A stretch of DNA of 64,000 nucleotides from Epithemia pelagica. Its lineage: Eukaryota; Protista; Bacillariophyta. The DNA lies in contig OX337240.1 of the NCBI GenBank assembly GCA_946965045.2, positions 1,426,001 to 1,490,000 of the forward strand, given 5' to 3'. Below the pieces are notes generated by a model. It had not been told where the DNA came from. It saw nothing but the letters and a program-made list of their open reading frames with translations, and made no database searches. Both the position numbers and the translations under genes were made by a program. The first letter of the stretch is position 1. Each line of letters begins with the position of its first letter. Positions 44,535-55,829 of the stretch are shown here, in pieces.

Positions 44535-45552
44535 TCACCATCCCTGTATCCGTTGTCGAAATTTGCGAAATGCAGATTCGGGTATTGGCTTTGTGAGCAG
44601 ATCTGCCAGTTGGTCATCAGTTGGAGTCGCGACCAAAGTGAGTTCGTCCAAGTGTGACCGAAAGTGGTGATAATAATTGTTAGGAGTAAGATGTTTTGTG
44701 CGTGGTCTGTATTTTGGCAGCTTGGCCATTTCTAGCGCACCACTGTTGTCTTCGAAGACTTGACAGTGAATCTTGGGTGGTTCCAAGTCGATGATAACTC
44801 CATGTTGTTTAGCTTCCTTGGCCAACTCCATTAGAGGTATCACCTCCCTCAAAGCGGTAGACAATGCAATGTACTCTGCTTCAGTCGTTGAAAGAGCAGT
44901 CAATGTCTGTAGTTTGGAAGCCCAAGTGATCGGACAACCTGCATAAGTGATGATCCATCCTGATCTCGACTTCGATGTCATGGGATCATGGGCCGCATGT
45001 GGTTGGAACCAGTTTCCTGCAAAATCAGAGTCAACCCAACATTCGAAGCTCTTCTTCGGATCGGGCTTCATATAATACCCTTTCTTGGCCGTCTCTTTAA
45101 GGTAGCGTCCAATCCGTTTGATTGCCAGTTGATGACTCTGTTTGGGTTGTTCAGAGAATCTGGCACATTGATGGACTATGAAAGAGATGTCCGGCCTCGT
45201 TGACTTTTCCAGAAAGTTGAGCTTGCCGATGACACTCCTGTAATGAAACTCCTTGTTCATCGGTGCTCCCTCTGGGTCCTTATGCAGTAATTGTTGGGTA
45301 GATGGGGTAGAGCGACCATTCGTATTATCCTGTAGGTGAAGGTCTTTCAATATTGAAGCGATAAGTTGTGGTTGGCTGAGTTTCAACCTTCCACCGGTTC
45401 TTTGCTCCACTTTGACACCCAAGTAATCGTTGACGTCACCCAAATCGTCGATGGTGAAATTTTCCTTGGCTCGTTTGAGATCATCAATTGCTTCTTCAAT
45501 TTCCGTCAGTTTGGGGCTCATCAAGATGCAATCATCGATGTACACCAAGAAT
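44535..45552 (-). pseudogene. pol: Outer element pol, 3' fragment (RT C-terminus and RNase H)
   Basis: Motifs LVYIDDCI, CWVDSDFAG, TEAEYIALS, FEDNSGA and QLADLLTKP. Truncated at the TIR insertion. Confidence 0.9.
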
Positions 45553-46929
45553 CCCTCGGTATCAGTGTCCACTGCTTAGCTGTTTTTTGTCTGTGCAACC
45601 TTCATAGGTTCCCAAGTGGACACAGACAGGAAATTTCACTTTTCGTCTGTCCTTTTCACCAAAATGATTCCTCGTGCTGGTGGAAATGCCGGCGTGCAAG
45701 TAGCCGTTGGCGGTTGGCACCTTCCTGTGACCGTGACCACGATTCAAATTTGGAATCCTTTCATACTCGTCACAAAAAATTTCACGCGGTGTCAAAAACA
45801 TCGACATTGACCATGAAGCGAGCTCTTTACGAATCCTTGTGACCTGAAGCAGTATTTTGGTTGGTTTTCTCTCTTGTTACTTGTTGTTTGTCTCTTAGCT
45901 TCTTTCATGCCCTGCATAGTTTTCTCACACGTTATCTCATTTATCTTTGTCCATGTTAAAGTTGATGGTTTGTTGTCCTTTGATTTCGTCGCAATGAAAC
46001 GGAGGACAAGTCATTGTAGGCCATTTGCCACAACTTTTCCTTTGCTTTATTCGTAGTGCTGTTTGATTGTTGGTTGGTTGTCTTCATATCTTTGTAGCAT
46101 GTTTTTTTACACTCATCATTGTGTTTCGCCCATCCATCATCCGTGTCGACCACAGAACCTTTCGTTGAGTGGTAGATCTAGATGACGACAACTGCAGCAT
46201 CTTGTTGTCACTAGTCCTACTATTACTAGAGGAGTAGTCGTCATGGATCATAGAGTCTATCGGATATGCTGGAAGATGGCTTCTTACTTGCTTCAGAGTG
46301 TCATGGTTGTTGAAAACAAGGAAATAACACGCTGCAACGATCTTACAAAAACTATGAAAGATGAGAACTAAACTACGGATAAAAACTCCTCCAAAATTCA
46401 AAGAAAAGAAGCTTTATGTTGTGGTTTCCAATTTTAAGCCGAGGCTCGAATGGAGAATAGGCATTCCATAGGCACAAAACTTTCACTCTCAAAGAAGTGG
46501 AGAGAGACAGTTGGCGAATGGAGAATATCAGAAGAGAAAAACGAATACAAGAGTGAGGGAGAAGTTAGAATGACAGTACAAGAGCTGTTGTCATGGAAAC
46601 ATTTTGTGCGTTCAAACTTACCTCAATTGCATGAAAGGCGACAATTCATGCCATGCCATTGTGAACTGTGATGGCCTCTGTGTGATTTTATGGCGGATTT
46701 GGATGGCGCATTCTGCGAAGACCAACCAACCGTCATCCACACAGGGCCGCTTGCTGGGCTTGCGTCTGTTTCATGAACTGTGAAAACTCCAGCTGGGTAT
46801 GCGCGCCAATTTGCTTTTTAGCCATTTCCATTTGAGTCAAAAAGGAAATTTCCTGTCTGTGTCCACTTGGGAACCTATGAAGGTGGCACAGACAAAAAAC
46901 AGCTAAGCAGTGGACACTGATAACGAGGG
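45553..46929. mobile_element. Non-autonomous DNA-transposon-like element with 85-bp terminal inverted repeats
   Basis: 45553-45637 and 46845-46929 are inverted copies (83/85 identical) beginning CCCTCG[G/T]TATCAGTGTCCAC. No intact internal ORF and no TSD visible. Confidence 0.75.
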
Positions 46930-47058
46930 TTCCCACGGTAGAACAAGCAAGGGTCTAATTTACTAGGCGTAAAGCCCAGATCTTTAAGCCCTTTTTTCCA
47001 CACCCTAGGCGCTTGCTTAGTGCCATAGATGTTGCGAAGTAGTAGTAGATCTACATCC

Positions 47059-47210
47059 GTGGGGAGGCACGAGGAGGGGCTATTGACTCCGAGAAGGGCA
47101 ATAGCTCCGAGAAGTGGACCGCCTTCTAAATCCGCTTAAGCGGATTTGGCGGTCCACGACGAGGAGCTATTGCCCGCCGAGGAGTCAATAGCCCCGACAA
47201 GTGCCCCCAC
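47059..47210. other. 152-nt rod-like inverted-repeat (hairpin) structure with periodic internal loops
   Basis: Perfect stems: 47076-47090/47181-47195 (15 bp), 47096-47108/47163-47175 (13 bp), 47114-47123/47148-47157 (10 bp) and 47066-47070/47201-47205. The apical palindrome AAATCCGCTTAAGCGGATTT lies at 47128-47147. Confidence 0.9.
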
Positions 47211-47407
47211 GACCAGTAGGGGATGTCGCTTGCTTCTATAACCTCCGAGCCCCCCCCCCTAATTAACTGTCACACTTTTTTCCCAGGACTGTTTTTTTTG
47301 CTCCGCACTAGCTTTTCTTGCTCCGCACTTGCTCGCGTATGAGAGCACGGCCGTCGTGGGCAATATAAGGCTATATTAGACGAAAATCCTACTTCCATTC
47401 CGAGGAG

Positions 47408-50400
47408 CTATAGTAGTTTGAGACAGTGTGTCTTTGGAGAAATTCCTGGCTGGTAGTGATAGCCTTGTGGGAAATTCATATATAGTTGGACCTCTGCAGG
47501 TGCTTGAGGAAACGCTAGCACAAAATCGAGTTGTCGTGTGTGCCAACCTCGGAGCAAGGACAAAACAAAGAAGAACCGTAAGGTAGTCCACATTACTACT
47601 GGGGCATAAGTTTCCCAGTAGTTGATGCCATACTGTTGTTGGCCTCCATGCACGTTAAGACGTGCTTTCCATTTGTAGATCTCTCTGGTGTCGATGCGTC
47701 GTTTCCTCTTCATGGACCAAACCATGTTGACAATCTTTGTACCTGATGGTACCTGTGAGCGTCTCACAACTTTCCAATGTTGTCGTTGCTCATGGTCTGC
47801 CAATTCTTTGTCCATGGCAATGCAAAATTGCTTGCGGTCAGGCTGACTCATGGCCTCATTGAGGTACATGGTGTCAGGGTCAGCACTGGCTGCAAAGGAT
47901 CCTCCAGTTGTTGTTGGATCTCATATTGTTGTTGAGCTGTTGGGACCAGTTCATTGTCATCCTGGTCCACTAGCGTCTCCCATGCCACGAGTCCTTGTTG
48001 TCTTTGTTGGACTCCTTCTGCGTATCGTTGAGTATTCCGTACGACTCGTCCACTGCGCGTTTGTCGCTGTAGAGTAGGTTGCTCTGCCTGACCTCCCTCA
48101 GGCTCTGGCATGGGTTGATGGATTGGTTCCAAAGGTGGCTCATCCACTGGAAGAGGGACGATGTCATCTTCCATTGGAGGTATCAATGAGTGTTGCTGAT
48201 TGGGAGCTCTGACTGGTCGTAGGATGTCAGCTTTCTCAGGCAACATATTGGTGGATTGTTGATGCGTTCTTTGTTTCTTCTTCACTGTGAGCCGGCTAAG
48301 ATATTTCCGGTCAGGCTCTGGTGTATCAAAGTCTGTGGCTTTGCCAGTCACAGTTTCAAAGAAATCGTCATGTTTCACATGGAATTGGGGAGATACATGA
48401 CCGGTTCTCGGATTCAGAACCAAACTGATAGACCTGGCGTGATTGGGAGATGGTCCCAGATAGATTCCAAGTCTTGAACGCACTTTCCACTTGTGCAGCC
48501 CCTTCTGGGCTTGTAAATTGTTGTCCAAAACGTAGGTTGGGCATCCAAAGGTGTGGAAATGCCGAATCTTGGGCATGACTTCCACTCCAGAGAAGATTTC
48601 CTCGGGTGAGCGTTGGTCTTTGATTGTTGGGATTGCATTAATGGCAGCGTTGGCAGTCCTTAATGCATATGGCCATAGATGTATGTTAAGCATCCTAGGC
48701 CATTTCCCAATCGCATACAAAAGCATAGTTCGAGTCTGCTCTTGTAAGTCCCGAATCTTCTTCTCTGCAATACCGTTTTGGAAATGGGCATTGACTCCAC
48801 AGTAAGTGAGTCCCTGTCCATGGGCCTGACAGTCTCGGATGAAACCATTGTCAGCAAAGCGTCCGTTGTCAGCATGGTAATGCTGAATCCTGACTCCGCG
48901 ATCTCTCGCATATCGTTCAAAGGCGTGCTTGGCCAGTACCGTCTCTTCGCTGGTGAGTCGCCTTTGTAGGAAGACGAAAGACAAGCGTGAGTACTGATCG
49001 ACGAACACTGTGGCATATTTGTACCGCCGGGTTGTCAAGATGCCCTTGAGTTGTCCGATGAAGCCCACAGTTGTGGATTCCAGTTGATCCACAGAGACAA
49101 CTTGTCCTGGTGCTGTCACTGTGCAAACTTGTTTGCCTGTTTGTTGTGGTTTGGTTCTCCATGGTCGCCTTGTCGTCTTGCCATATTGACAGGCTGGGCA
49201 CAAAGGAATTTTGGCCTCCAACAGTTTCTTGGGCAGCTCATTTCGTTTGGCCATGAGCTGGATTCTCCGGAATGAGACATGGCCCAATCGGTAATGCCAA
49301 CGCAACAATTCATCGTGTGGTGTTAAATTGCGTGGCTCCTCGTCATCAGGTATGACATGTGGTTTGTCTGGTAAGGCAAAGTCCACTTGACTTGTTGTTG
49401 GCAAGTCGTCAATGGTGACTGGCACGTCGTCACCTTGTTGTCTGATTGGTGGATCCGTCGTTGTTGGTGGATCGACTGGGTCAGGTGGTTGAAATGACAT
49501 GTCGTCGTCATCCAACTGTCGTGGCGCAGTGGATTCATCATCAGGTATGATGTGAGTCTCGAACACTGCTTCTTCCATCTCGTGTTCCCAGTTGTGTGCC
49601 ACATTAGCCATGAAAGTGGCAAAGCGTTTGTATCCGGATGCCGTTCTTGCAAGGCCAATGTTGAGTTTAGTGTCCAATGGGATAGACTTCCTGTAGCGTC
49701 GTTGATCCCAAAACAACACGACATGTTTGCTTGTCGTCATACACCCGGTGCCTTCTGCCATGGGTTTTTGATCATGGGCTTGTTGGGCCCATTGTTGTGG
49801 ACACAGTATTCGGTGAGAAGCATCAGGCACATAGTAAAGATTGCAAATTACAAACCTGTGCTCCACTCAATTGTCATCTTCGAATCTCCAGGCCACTGTT
49901 CCTCTTTTCGTAGCTAGCACTTTTTGGCGACTGATGCCTGTGACTTGAGCACTGACATTCGTCGGAGGCTGTAGGAAGTCAGCAAGATCATTAGTGATGC
50001 ATGCTGACGCTCCAATGTCGATGAGTATTACAACGGAGTCTGTGTCAAACGCGGTTTCTCGTGCTTGAGGCTCGAGTTCTGCGTCGTCATTCGACTTGGT
50101 AGTTGCCATAGTAACCGTGTAAACTCGCAAGTGGTAGCAATGAGTGCGCGCCAGACTTCTAAAGCGGACACCCGCCTCGCTTGCGTCTGCGAGTCCGCAT
50201 GCTATTGATCCAGGTTTCAACTGAACATAGCCAAGGTAGCATAGACCTGCGCCATAGATATCGCATCCAATGAAGGATGATGGATGGTCGTTGATATCGT
50301 TTCGGCACATATGGTTCATAGTCATAGGCAGGTAAGTATATATCTACAATGACTGTTGCTGCGTTAATCATGGCCACCAGTGTCATTCCTGGGTTGCCAC

Positions 50401-50452
50401 ACAAGTACAGTATCATCCAGTGCAACAGTCGGAGGAGTTGCATGTATGACAC
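47408..50452 (-). pseudogene. pol: Outer element pol, 5' part (linker, protease, integrase, RT N-terminus) with disablements
   Basis: Protease-like FDTDSVVILIDIGAS; integrase HYRLGH...CPAC, VSVDQL, YHADNG and NGIAEKKIRDLQ; RT block TRQLDFVLAF. Frameshifts near 50170 and 47890 and an in-frame TGA at 49867. Confidence 0.9.
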
Positions 50453-50464
50453 CGACCACCATTG

Positions 50465-51289
50465 TCATTCTTGGTCACTGCTCTCAGCACCGCTGTCCAT
50501 GGTATCGAAGGTAGCCATGTTGACTGTGTCAGTGCCTGAGCTTCGTTGTTGCCATTGCTGCTGGTTGGAAGTGTTGTTGCATTCGTTTGGGTGATGCAGC
50601 ACCCACTTGCCTTTGCCATCGTTGTGGTTCAAGCACCAATAGTAGAGCTTGTCATCCTTCTTCTTTGTCGGATGGCCATCCACTTTGGTCTCATTCCCAG
50701 ATGGTTTCACATCCTTCCAAGCATATTTGTTCTGCTTGGATTTATTGGATGCATCAGCAGTCGTTGCAGGGCGTTTGTTGGACGAGTTCTTGGTAGATGC
50801 CTTGCCTTGTTGCTTCCCTGAGGAAGTCTTTTTCGTTTGATTGCTGGATCGTGCATTAAGCTGCTTCTCCACTGTATGGAGTTTAGCAGTTAATGCCACA
50901 ATCTCAGATTGTTCGTCGGATGGTTGACCCCAGTCACCTGATTGCACTCGCTCTTTATATTTGTTTTCAGCTAGGACCATGAGTTGCGCACTCGTGTGGT
51001 TGGCGCGACATTCATTGTACATATTGCAAAGGTCCTTTATGTAGGCCACAAACTCAGAGTCATGTTGATCATGAGTGTAGGCCTTCCATAGATACGAAAG
51101 TAGGTCGGGTGCATCCGTACCACGCGCATTGAGCCGGGCCTGTTGTGTTCTCACCCAGTTGTTGAACAGGGTAATATTGCCCTCAAGCTCAGTCAGTTTG
51201 TCGGACATATCGATGAGAGTGTCTCTGATATGGGCTGTAGTTGCCCTATTGTCGATGTAGGTGAGGACGACAATCTGTTTGAGAAGACA
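50465..51289 (-). pseudogene. gag: Outer element gag, 3' part (split by the nested element)
   Basis: Joins 57573 onward in frame after one 6-bp TSD copy is removed (DGICL-LKQIVVLTYID). Ends with YYWCLNH...WVLHHPNEC and TGA at 50465-50467. Confidence 0.85.
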
Positions 51290-51563
51290 TGTTGTTTTAA
51301 CCGTGGTCACTGCCGATTAAAAGGGCCAACTAGTTTCGTAAAAGGAAATTGAGTAAATTATAAGGGTATGGTCATGTTACGCTATGGGTGCGAATGGACT
51401 GACGTTGGAGGGACGTCAGTTGATAAGTGCCAAGTGATGTGCGTCAGGAAAATGACCTGTTGCACTTGGAAGATTCCCCCAGGTTCCGATTGCGCCCGGC
51501 GGCAATTGGGAACTTCCAACACTCCCTCTCACTTTTCAATTCGCTCCCTTTTTGTGATGCATC

Positions 51564-54500
51564 TTACCATGCCAGGACTCGCTTTCGTAGTCGTGTGAGG
51601 GTGTCGTTTGGTAGTGGTTTTGTTAGGTAGTCGGCGAGTTGGTCTTCCGTTGCCACTTTGTGAATGGTCACGCTCCCGTTTTCCACATACGTGCGAAAAT
51701 GGTGGAGCTTGACGTTGAGATGTTTCGTTCGTGGGCGGAACTTGTAAACCTTAGCCATCTCCAATGCCCCACTGTTGTCCTCGAATACCTTGCAATGGAC
51801 CTCTGCCTTGGTATTGTGGATCATGATGCCTTGTTGTTGCATCTCTTCCAGGAGGCGCATGATTGGTATGGCTGCCCGGAGCGCATAGGACAGACCCGTG
51901 TACTCGCTCTCAGTTGAGCTGAGCGCAATCTCGGTCTGTAATTGGGATTTCCAGATGACTGGGCACCCCATATATCGAATTATGTATCCATGTCGGGACC
52001 TTGCTGTGTCACGATCTGTTGTTGCGTCTTCGCGCTTCCAGTTCCCAGCAAAGTCAGCATCCACCCACACCTCCAGTCTGGCTTCCTTGTTGGGACGGAA
52101 GGTCATACCTCGATCCTTTGTCGCATGAAGATACCTGCCTATCCATCTGACGGCGTCTCCGTGCGGTTTCCGTGGATTGGAGGCGAACCTGGCGCACTGG
52201 TGCGTCGCATAGGCTATATCACTCCTTGAGCCAGCCTCGATGTAATTCATCATACCGACGATTGATCTGTAATTGAAGCTGTTGTCGAAGGCTGGCTTAT
52301 CCAGGTGGCGATGGAGTATTTTGGACGGTGCTGCTGGTGTGTCCTTTGGGACCATGTTGGTTCCTAGGCGCAATCCTTTTAGCTCTTTGTCAATCAGGTG
52401 TGGCTGGGAGAACGTGATCTCTCCGTTGTCGTGTTTGCTGATATTAACACCAAGGAAATCCTTGACGTCTCCTTCCACTGTGATATTGAGCTTGGCTGCT
52501 CGGATATCGTTGATTGCTTTGTCTATCTCGGCCTGATCCGGACCCACAATGATACTATCGTCAGTGTAGAGGACGTAGATCACGTTACCCCTGTAGAACA
52601 CACACTCGTCAACGGAGGATTTGGTGAACCCCACTTGCTCCACCAATCGCTTCGACAGGTGTTGGTACCACACCCGTCCGGCTTGCTCTTGTCCATATAG
52701 GTTCGCATGTAGCTTGAGGACATAGTCCTTTTTCGACTTGCCTTCGTCCAGGTTGTACCCCACGGGGAATTCCATGTAGACTTCTCGTTCTACTGGAGCC
52801 TGCGGGTATGCTAGGACGTAGTCGATTTGTTGCGTGTGCCAATTGAACGCGGAGACAAGCGCCAACACCAGTCGTATGGATGCCCATGAAGCTACTGGGG
52901 CATAGGTTTGATCGTAATCGATCCCCTGTTCCATCTTTGACCCATCGAAGTTGAGTCGCGCTTTATGTGTCTTGATATCGCGTGTCAGGATGTCCCTTTT
53001 CCTTCGCATCTGCCACACGGCCTTGAAGATGCGCTGGCCTGCTGGGACCGATGTGCGGCGCACAATGGACAAGTTTCCGTCCTCCATCTGCCTTTCCATT
53101 TCTTTCTGCATCCCTTTTATAAATTCCGCCTTGTCGGGCTCTTTCATGGCCTCGTGGTGATACATCGTATCTGGGTCGGAAACTGCCGCTTTATATGCCA
53201 TAAGTGGGTTTCCCCAGTTTTCCATATCTTCTTGCGGCAGGAGGGTTGTGAGGGCGAACAACTCCCCTGGGACGGTGGAATCGTCCTCGATCTCCGTCGA
53301 CATCACCTTGATAAGGCGTTGCGTCGGTTTTCGTAGCCGTCCCGATCTCGTCCGTAATTGGTAGGTTGTTGTTGTTTGTTGTGGGAGTTGCCGCTCCCTC
53401 TGGCCTTGTGCTCCCTCTGAATCCGGTGGAGGCGTTCGATCCATGGTTGGTCCATGTTGTGCTTGTTGTGGTGGCGTCCCACCTGATGGACTCGTGTTTG
53501 GATTGTGGATGGGTGCTTGGTCCGGCCATTCGTTGTTTGGTGGTAGTTGTTGCCATTCGTTCAGTGGATTACCGTTGGGAGTGTGTTGTGGGGCTCCCTC
53601 TTGCCCCTTTTGCCTCCTTCGTCGTTTTCCCTTTTGGCCCACTTTCATTTGTCCGGCTCGTTTGGCTTCCATGAAGTGGGTGCTCACTTGCCATGTTGAG
53701 GACAGTTGTTCCTGTTGGAGCGTATGGAAGCTGCTGTCGAACCGTACATGGAACTGTGGACTCACATGTCCTGTGTGACGGTTCAGGACCAGAGCCACGT
53801 TCCTATTGTGGATTGGGGACTGTCCCAAGTATATTCCCACTCGTGCTCGGTTCTCCCATTTGTTGTGTGGCTTATTGCTCTGTAACTTTTTGTCCAACAC
53901 ATACACGGGGCATCCGAACGGCCTCCAGTGTTTCTTATTGGTGTTGATAGCCAATTGGGAGAAGAGTTGGAGAGGTGATTGTTTTGATTCGTGCTGCATA
54001 TTTGGGCTGGCATTGATGCAGTCATTCGCGTGGCGCACTGCGTAGGGCCATAGATTGGCCGTGATTGCTTGTGGCCATCGTTTATTTGCATGGAGCAGCA
54101 TCGTCCGGGCCATCTCTTGCAGTTCCCGGATTCTTCGTTCGGCCTTGCCGTTCAAATGGTGGGCTCCCACTGCAGCGAAGGTGAGGTCTTGTCCCTGGTC
54201 ATGACATGCCTTGACCCATCCATGTGCCTTGAATATACCGTTGTCGGCATGGTATGCACGCACAGTCACTCCTCCATTGAGTGCAAATCGTTCGAACGCC
54301 AATTTGCCTTGTAGCGTTTCTTCCACCGTTGATGTTTTCTGCAGGAACGTGAAGCCCAGGGACGTTGCTTGGTCGACATAGACCGTTGCATACTTGTAGC
54401 GCTTTTTCGTGATGAACCCGGTCATCTGCGCTACGAGTCCTGGTGTTGGCGAGACCAATTGGTCCACAGAGACCACCATTCCTGGTTTCTCCGGAGGAGA

Positions 54501-55829
54501 CTTGTTCGTCCAATCCTTAGATGTCCTGGTGCGCCATGCCCGTTTTGTTGCTTTCGCAAAATTGCACGCTGAGCAGGCCGGTACGTGACATTTCGCCAGC
54601 CGTTTTGGCAATATGCCGTCCTTTGCCATCTGTTGTAACTTGGCAAAAGGGAGGTGGCCAAAGTCATAATGGTACCTTAGCAGCTCCGCTTCTGCCGACG
54701 GACTTTGTTCCTCCTCATGGGGGATGATGTCTGGTGGTGGTGGTGTTGCGTCTTCGGTTGTTTTACCGTCTAGATCAAAATCAAACTTGCGTGGTTCTGC
54801 GTAGTCTGTTTGTTGGGTTGCTGCATCAGTTGTTGCCATGCTGGTCTGCTTCGGAATGGCTCGATGCCATTGAGGTGCCTGGACGGGGTAGGTCGTTTCG
54901 TCGTTGTCTCCCTCGTCGTTGGACACCACCATTGATGGCATGGCCTGATGTTGCAATAGTGGATCTTTGTCGTAGGAGTGGTCGTGTTCAGTCCCACATT
55001 CCCTACAGTAGTTATGGTACTGCTTGTACCCACTTGCGAGATGGAACGTGGCCACATTGTTGCCTTGAGTATCTATTGGGATCGTCTTATGTGATTGACG
55101 GTCGTCCCAGAAGAGTACTACTTCCGTGCCAGTGGTTATTTCTCCCGCCCCACCACGCTTTTCACTGTTTTTCCGTGTCTGCGCCCAGTGTTGTGGGCTC
55201 AGTAGTCGGACTTTGCCTTCGGGGACATAGTACGAATTGGGGATCACCATTTTATGGATCTTTCCTTGATCGTCCTCCCATTCCCAATGGATGGTCCCTG
55301 ACCACACTTCAAACGTCTTTGCGCCTCCAAATCCCTTGATTGCTCTGTTACATTGCTTCAAAGAACCTGGTATGTCGCTCCGTACGTGGGTTATGCAGCC
55401 TGAACATCTGTTGTCGATGCCGATCGTGGCCGAGTCCGAGTCAAACGGGTGGCAATTGGTTGCTGCTGCGCACTTTGCCGCCATTGCCATGATGGCTGCG
55501 CTGCATATTACCTTTTTCATTCTTGTTTGTCTCCGTTGTCTCATTCTCTTCTTCTCTTTCGTGTGCAGGAGTTGCTTGTCTGCCCATTCCGCCATGTTTC
55601 CGATTACCTCGTTGGTTGTCGTGATGGCGTGGTGCATCCAATCCTCCTTGTTTGTAATTGTCTTGTGTTCCTCCTCCGTTTGTACGATGACTATGGTGAG
55701 CTTTATTGCTGCTTCCACCGTGATCATCATTTGTTGGAGGAGGTGGACGAATGTGCTTATCCACAGGTACGTGATTATGTCTTCGAGGGAGAGGTTGGAG
55801 TACATGTGTAATATCGGAATTACTAACAT
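51564..55829 (-). CDS. pol: Inner element Pol (protease, integrase, RT, RNase H), in frame with gag beyond a TGA
   Basis: 1421 aa with no stops. Protease-position IGIDNRCS; integrase HYDFGH...CSAC, VSVDQL, YHADNG and NGKAERRIRELQE; RT QQIDYVLAY and YTDDSII; RNase H VWVDADFAG, ESEY, FEDNSGA and QLADYLTK. Confidence 0.93.
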   Translation of the reverse strand: MLVIPILHMYSNLSLEDIITYLWISTFVHLLQQMMITVEAAIKLTIVIVQTEEEHKTITNKEDWMHHAITTTNEVIGNMAEWADKQLLHTKEKKRMRQRRQTRMKKVICSAAIMAMAAKCAAATNCHPFDSDSATIGIDNRCSGCITHVRSDIPGSLKQCNRAIKGFGGAKTFEVWSGTIHWEWEDDQGKIHKMVIPNSYYVPEGKVRLLSPQHWAQTRKNSEKRGGAGEITTGTEVVLFWDDRQSHKTIPIDTQGNNVATFHLASGYKQYHNYCRECGTEHDHSYDKDPLLQHQAMPSMVVSNDEGDNDETTYPVQAPQWHRAIPKQTSMATTDAATQQTDYAEPRKFDFDLDGKTTEDATPPPPDIIPHEEEQSPSAEAELLRYHYDFGHLPFAKLQQMAKDGILPKRLAKCHVPACSACNFAKATKRAWRTRTSKDWTNKSPPEKPGMVVSVDQLVSPTPGLVAQMTGFITKKRYKYATVYVDQATSLGFTFLQKTSTVEETLQGKLAFERFALNGGVTVRAYHADNGIFKAHGWVKACHDQGQDLTFAAVGAHHLNGKAERRIRELQEMARTMLLHANKRWPQAITANLWPYAVRHANDCINASPNMQHESKQSPLQLFSQLAINTNKKHWRPFGCPVYVLDKKLQSNKPHNKWENRARVGIYLGQSPIHNRNVALVLNRHTGHVSPQFHVRFDSSFHTLQQEQLSSTWQVSTHFMEAKRAGQMKVGQKGKRRRRQKGQEGAPQHTPNGNPLNEWQQLPPNNEWPDQAPIHNPNTSPSGGTPPQQAQHGPTMDRTPPPDSEGAQGQRERQLPQQTTTTYQLRTRSGRLRKPTQRLIKVMSTEIEDDSTVPGELFALTTLLPQEDMENWGNPLMAYKAAVSDPDTMYHHEAMKEPDKAEFIKGMQKEMERQMEDGNLSIVRRTSVPAGQRIFKAVWQMRRKRDILTRDIKTHKARLNFDGSKMEQGIDYDQTYAPVASWASIRLVLALVSAFNWHTQQIDYVLAYPQAPVEREVYMEFPVGYNLDEGKSKKDYVLKLHANLYGQEQAGRVWYQHLSKRLVEQVGFTKSSVDECVFYRGNVIYVLYTDDSIIVGPDQAEIDKAINDIRAAKLNITVEGDVKDFLGVNISKHDNGEITFSQPHLIDKELKGLRLGTNMVPKDTPAAPSKILHRHLDKPAFDNSFNYRSIVGMMNYIEAGSRSDIAYATHQCARFASNPRKPHGDAVRWIGRYLHATKDRGMTFRPNKEARLEVWVDADFAGNWKREDATTDRDTARSRHGYIIRYMGCPVIWKSQLQTEIALSSTESEYTGLSYALRAAIPIMRLLEEMQQQGIMIHNTKAEVHCKVFEDNSGALEMAKVYKFRPRTKHLNVKLHHFRTYVENGSVTIHKVATEDQLADYLTKPLPNDTLTRLRKRVLAW

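Noticed and set aside
45553-46929. piggyBac assignment for the TIR element (CCCT ends)
   Set aside because: The flanks are GAAT and TTCC, not TTAA, and no transposase is recognisable; left unclassified.
47059-47210. Hairpin as a hammerhead ribozyme/retrozyme, tRNA or CRISPR array
   Set aside because: No CUGANGA/GAAA core on either strand, no cloverleaf, and no repeat-spacer periodicity.
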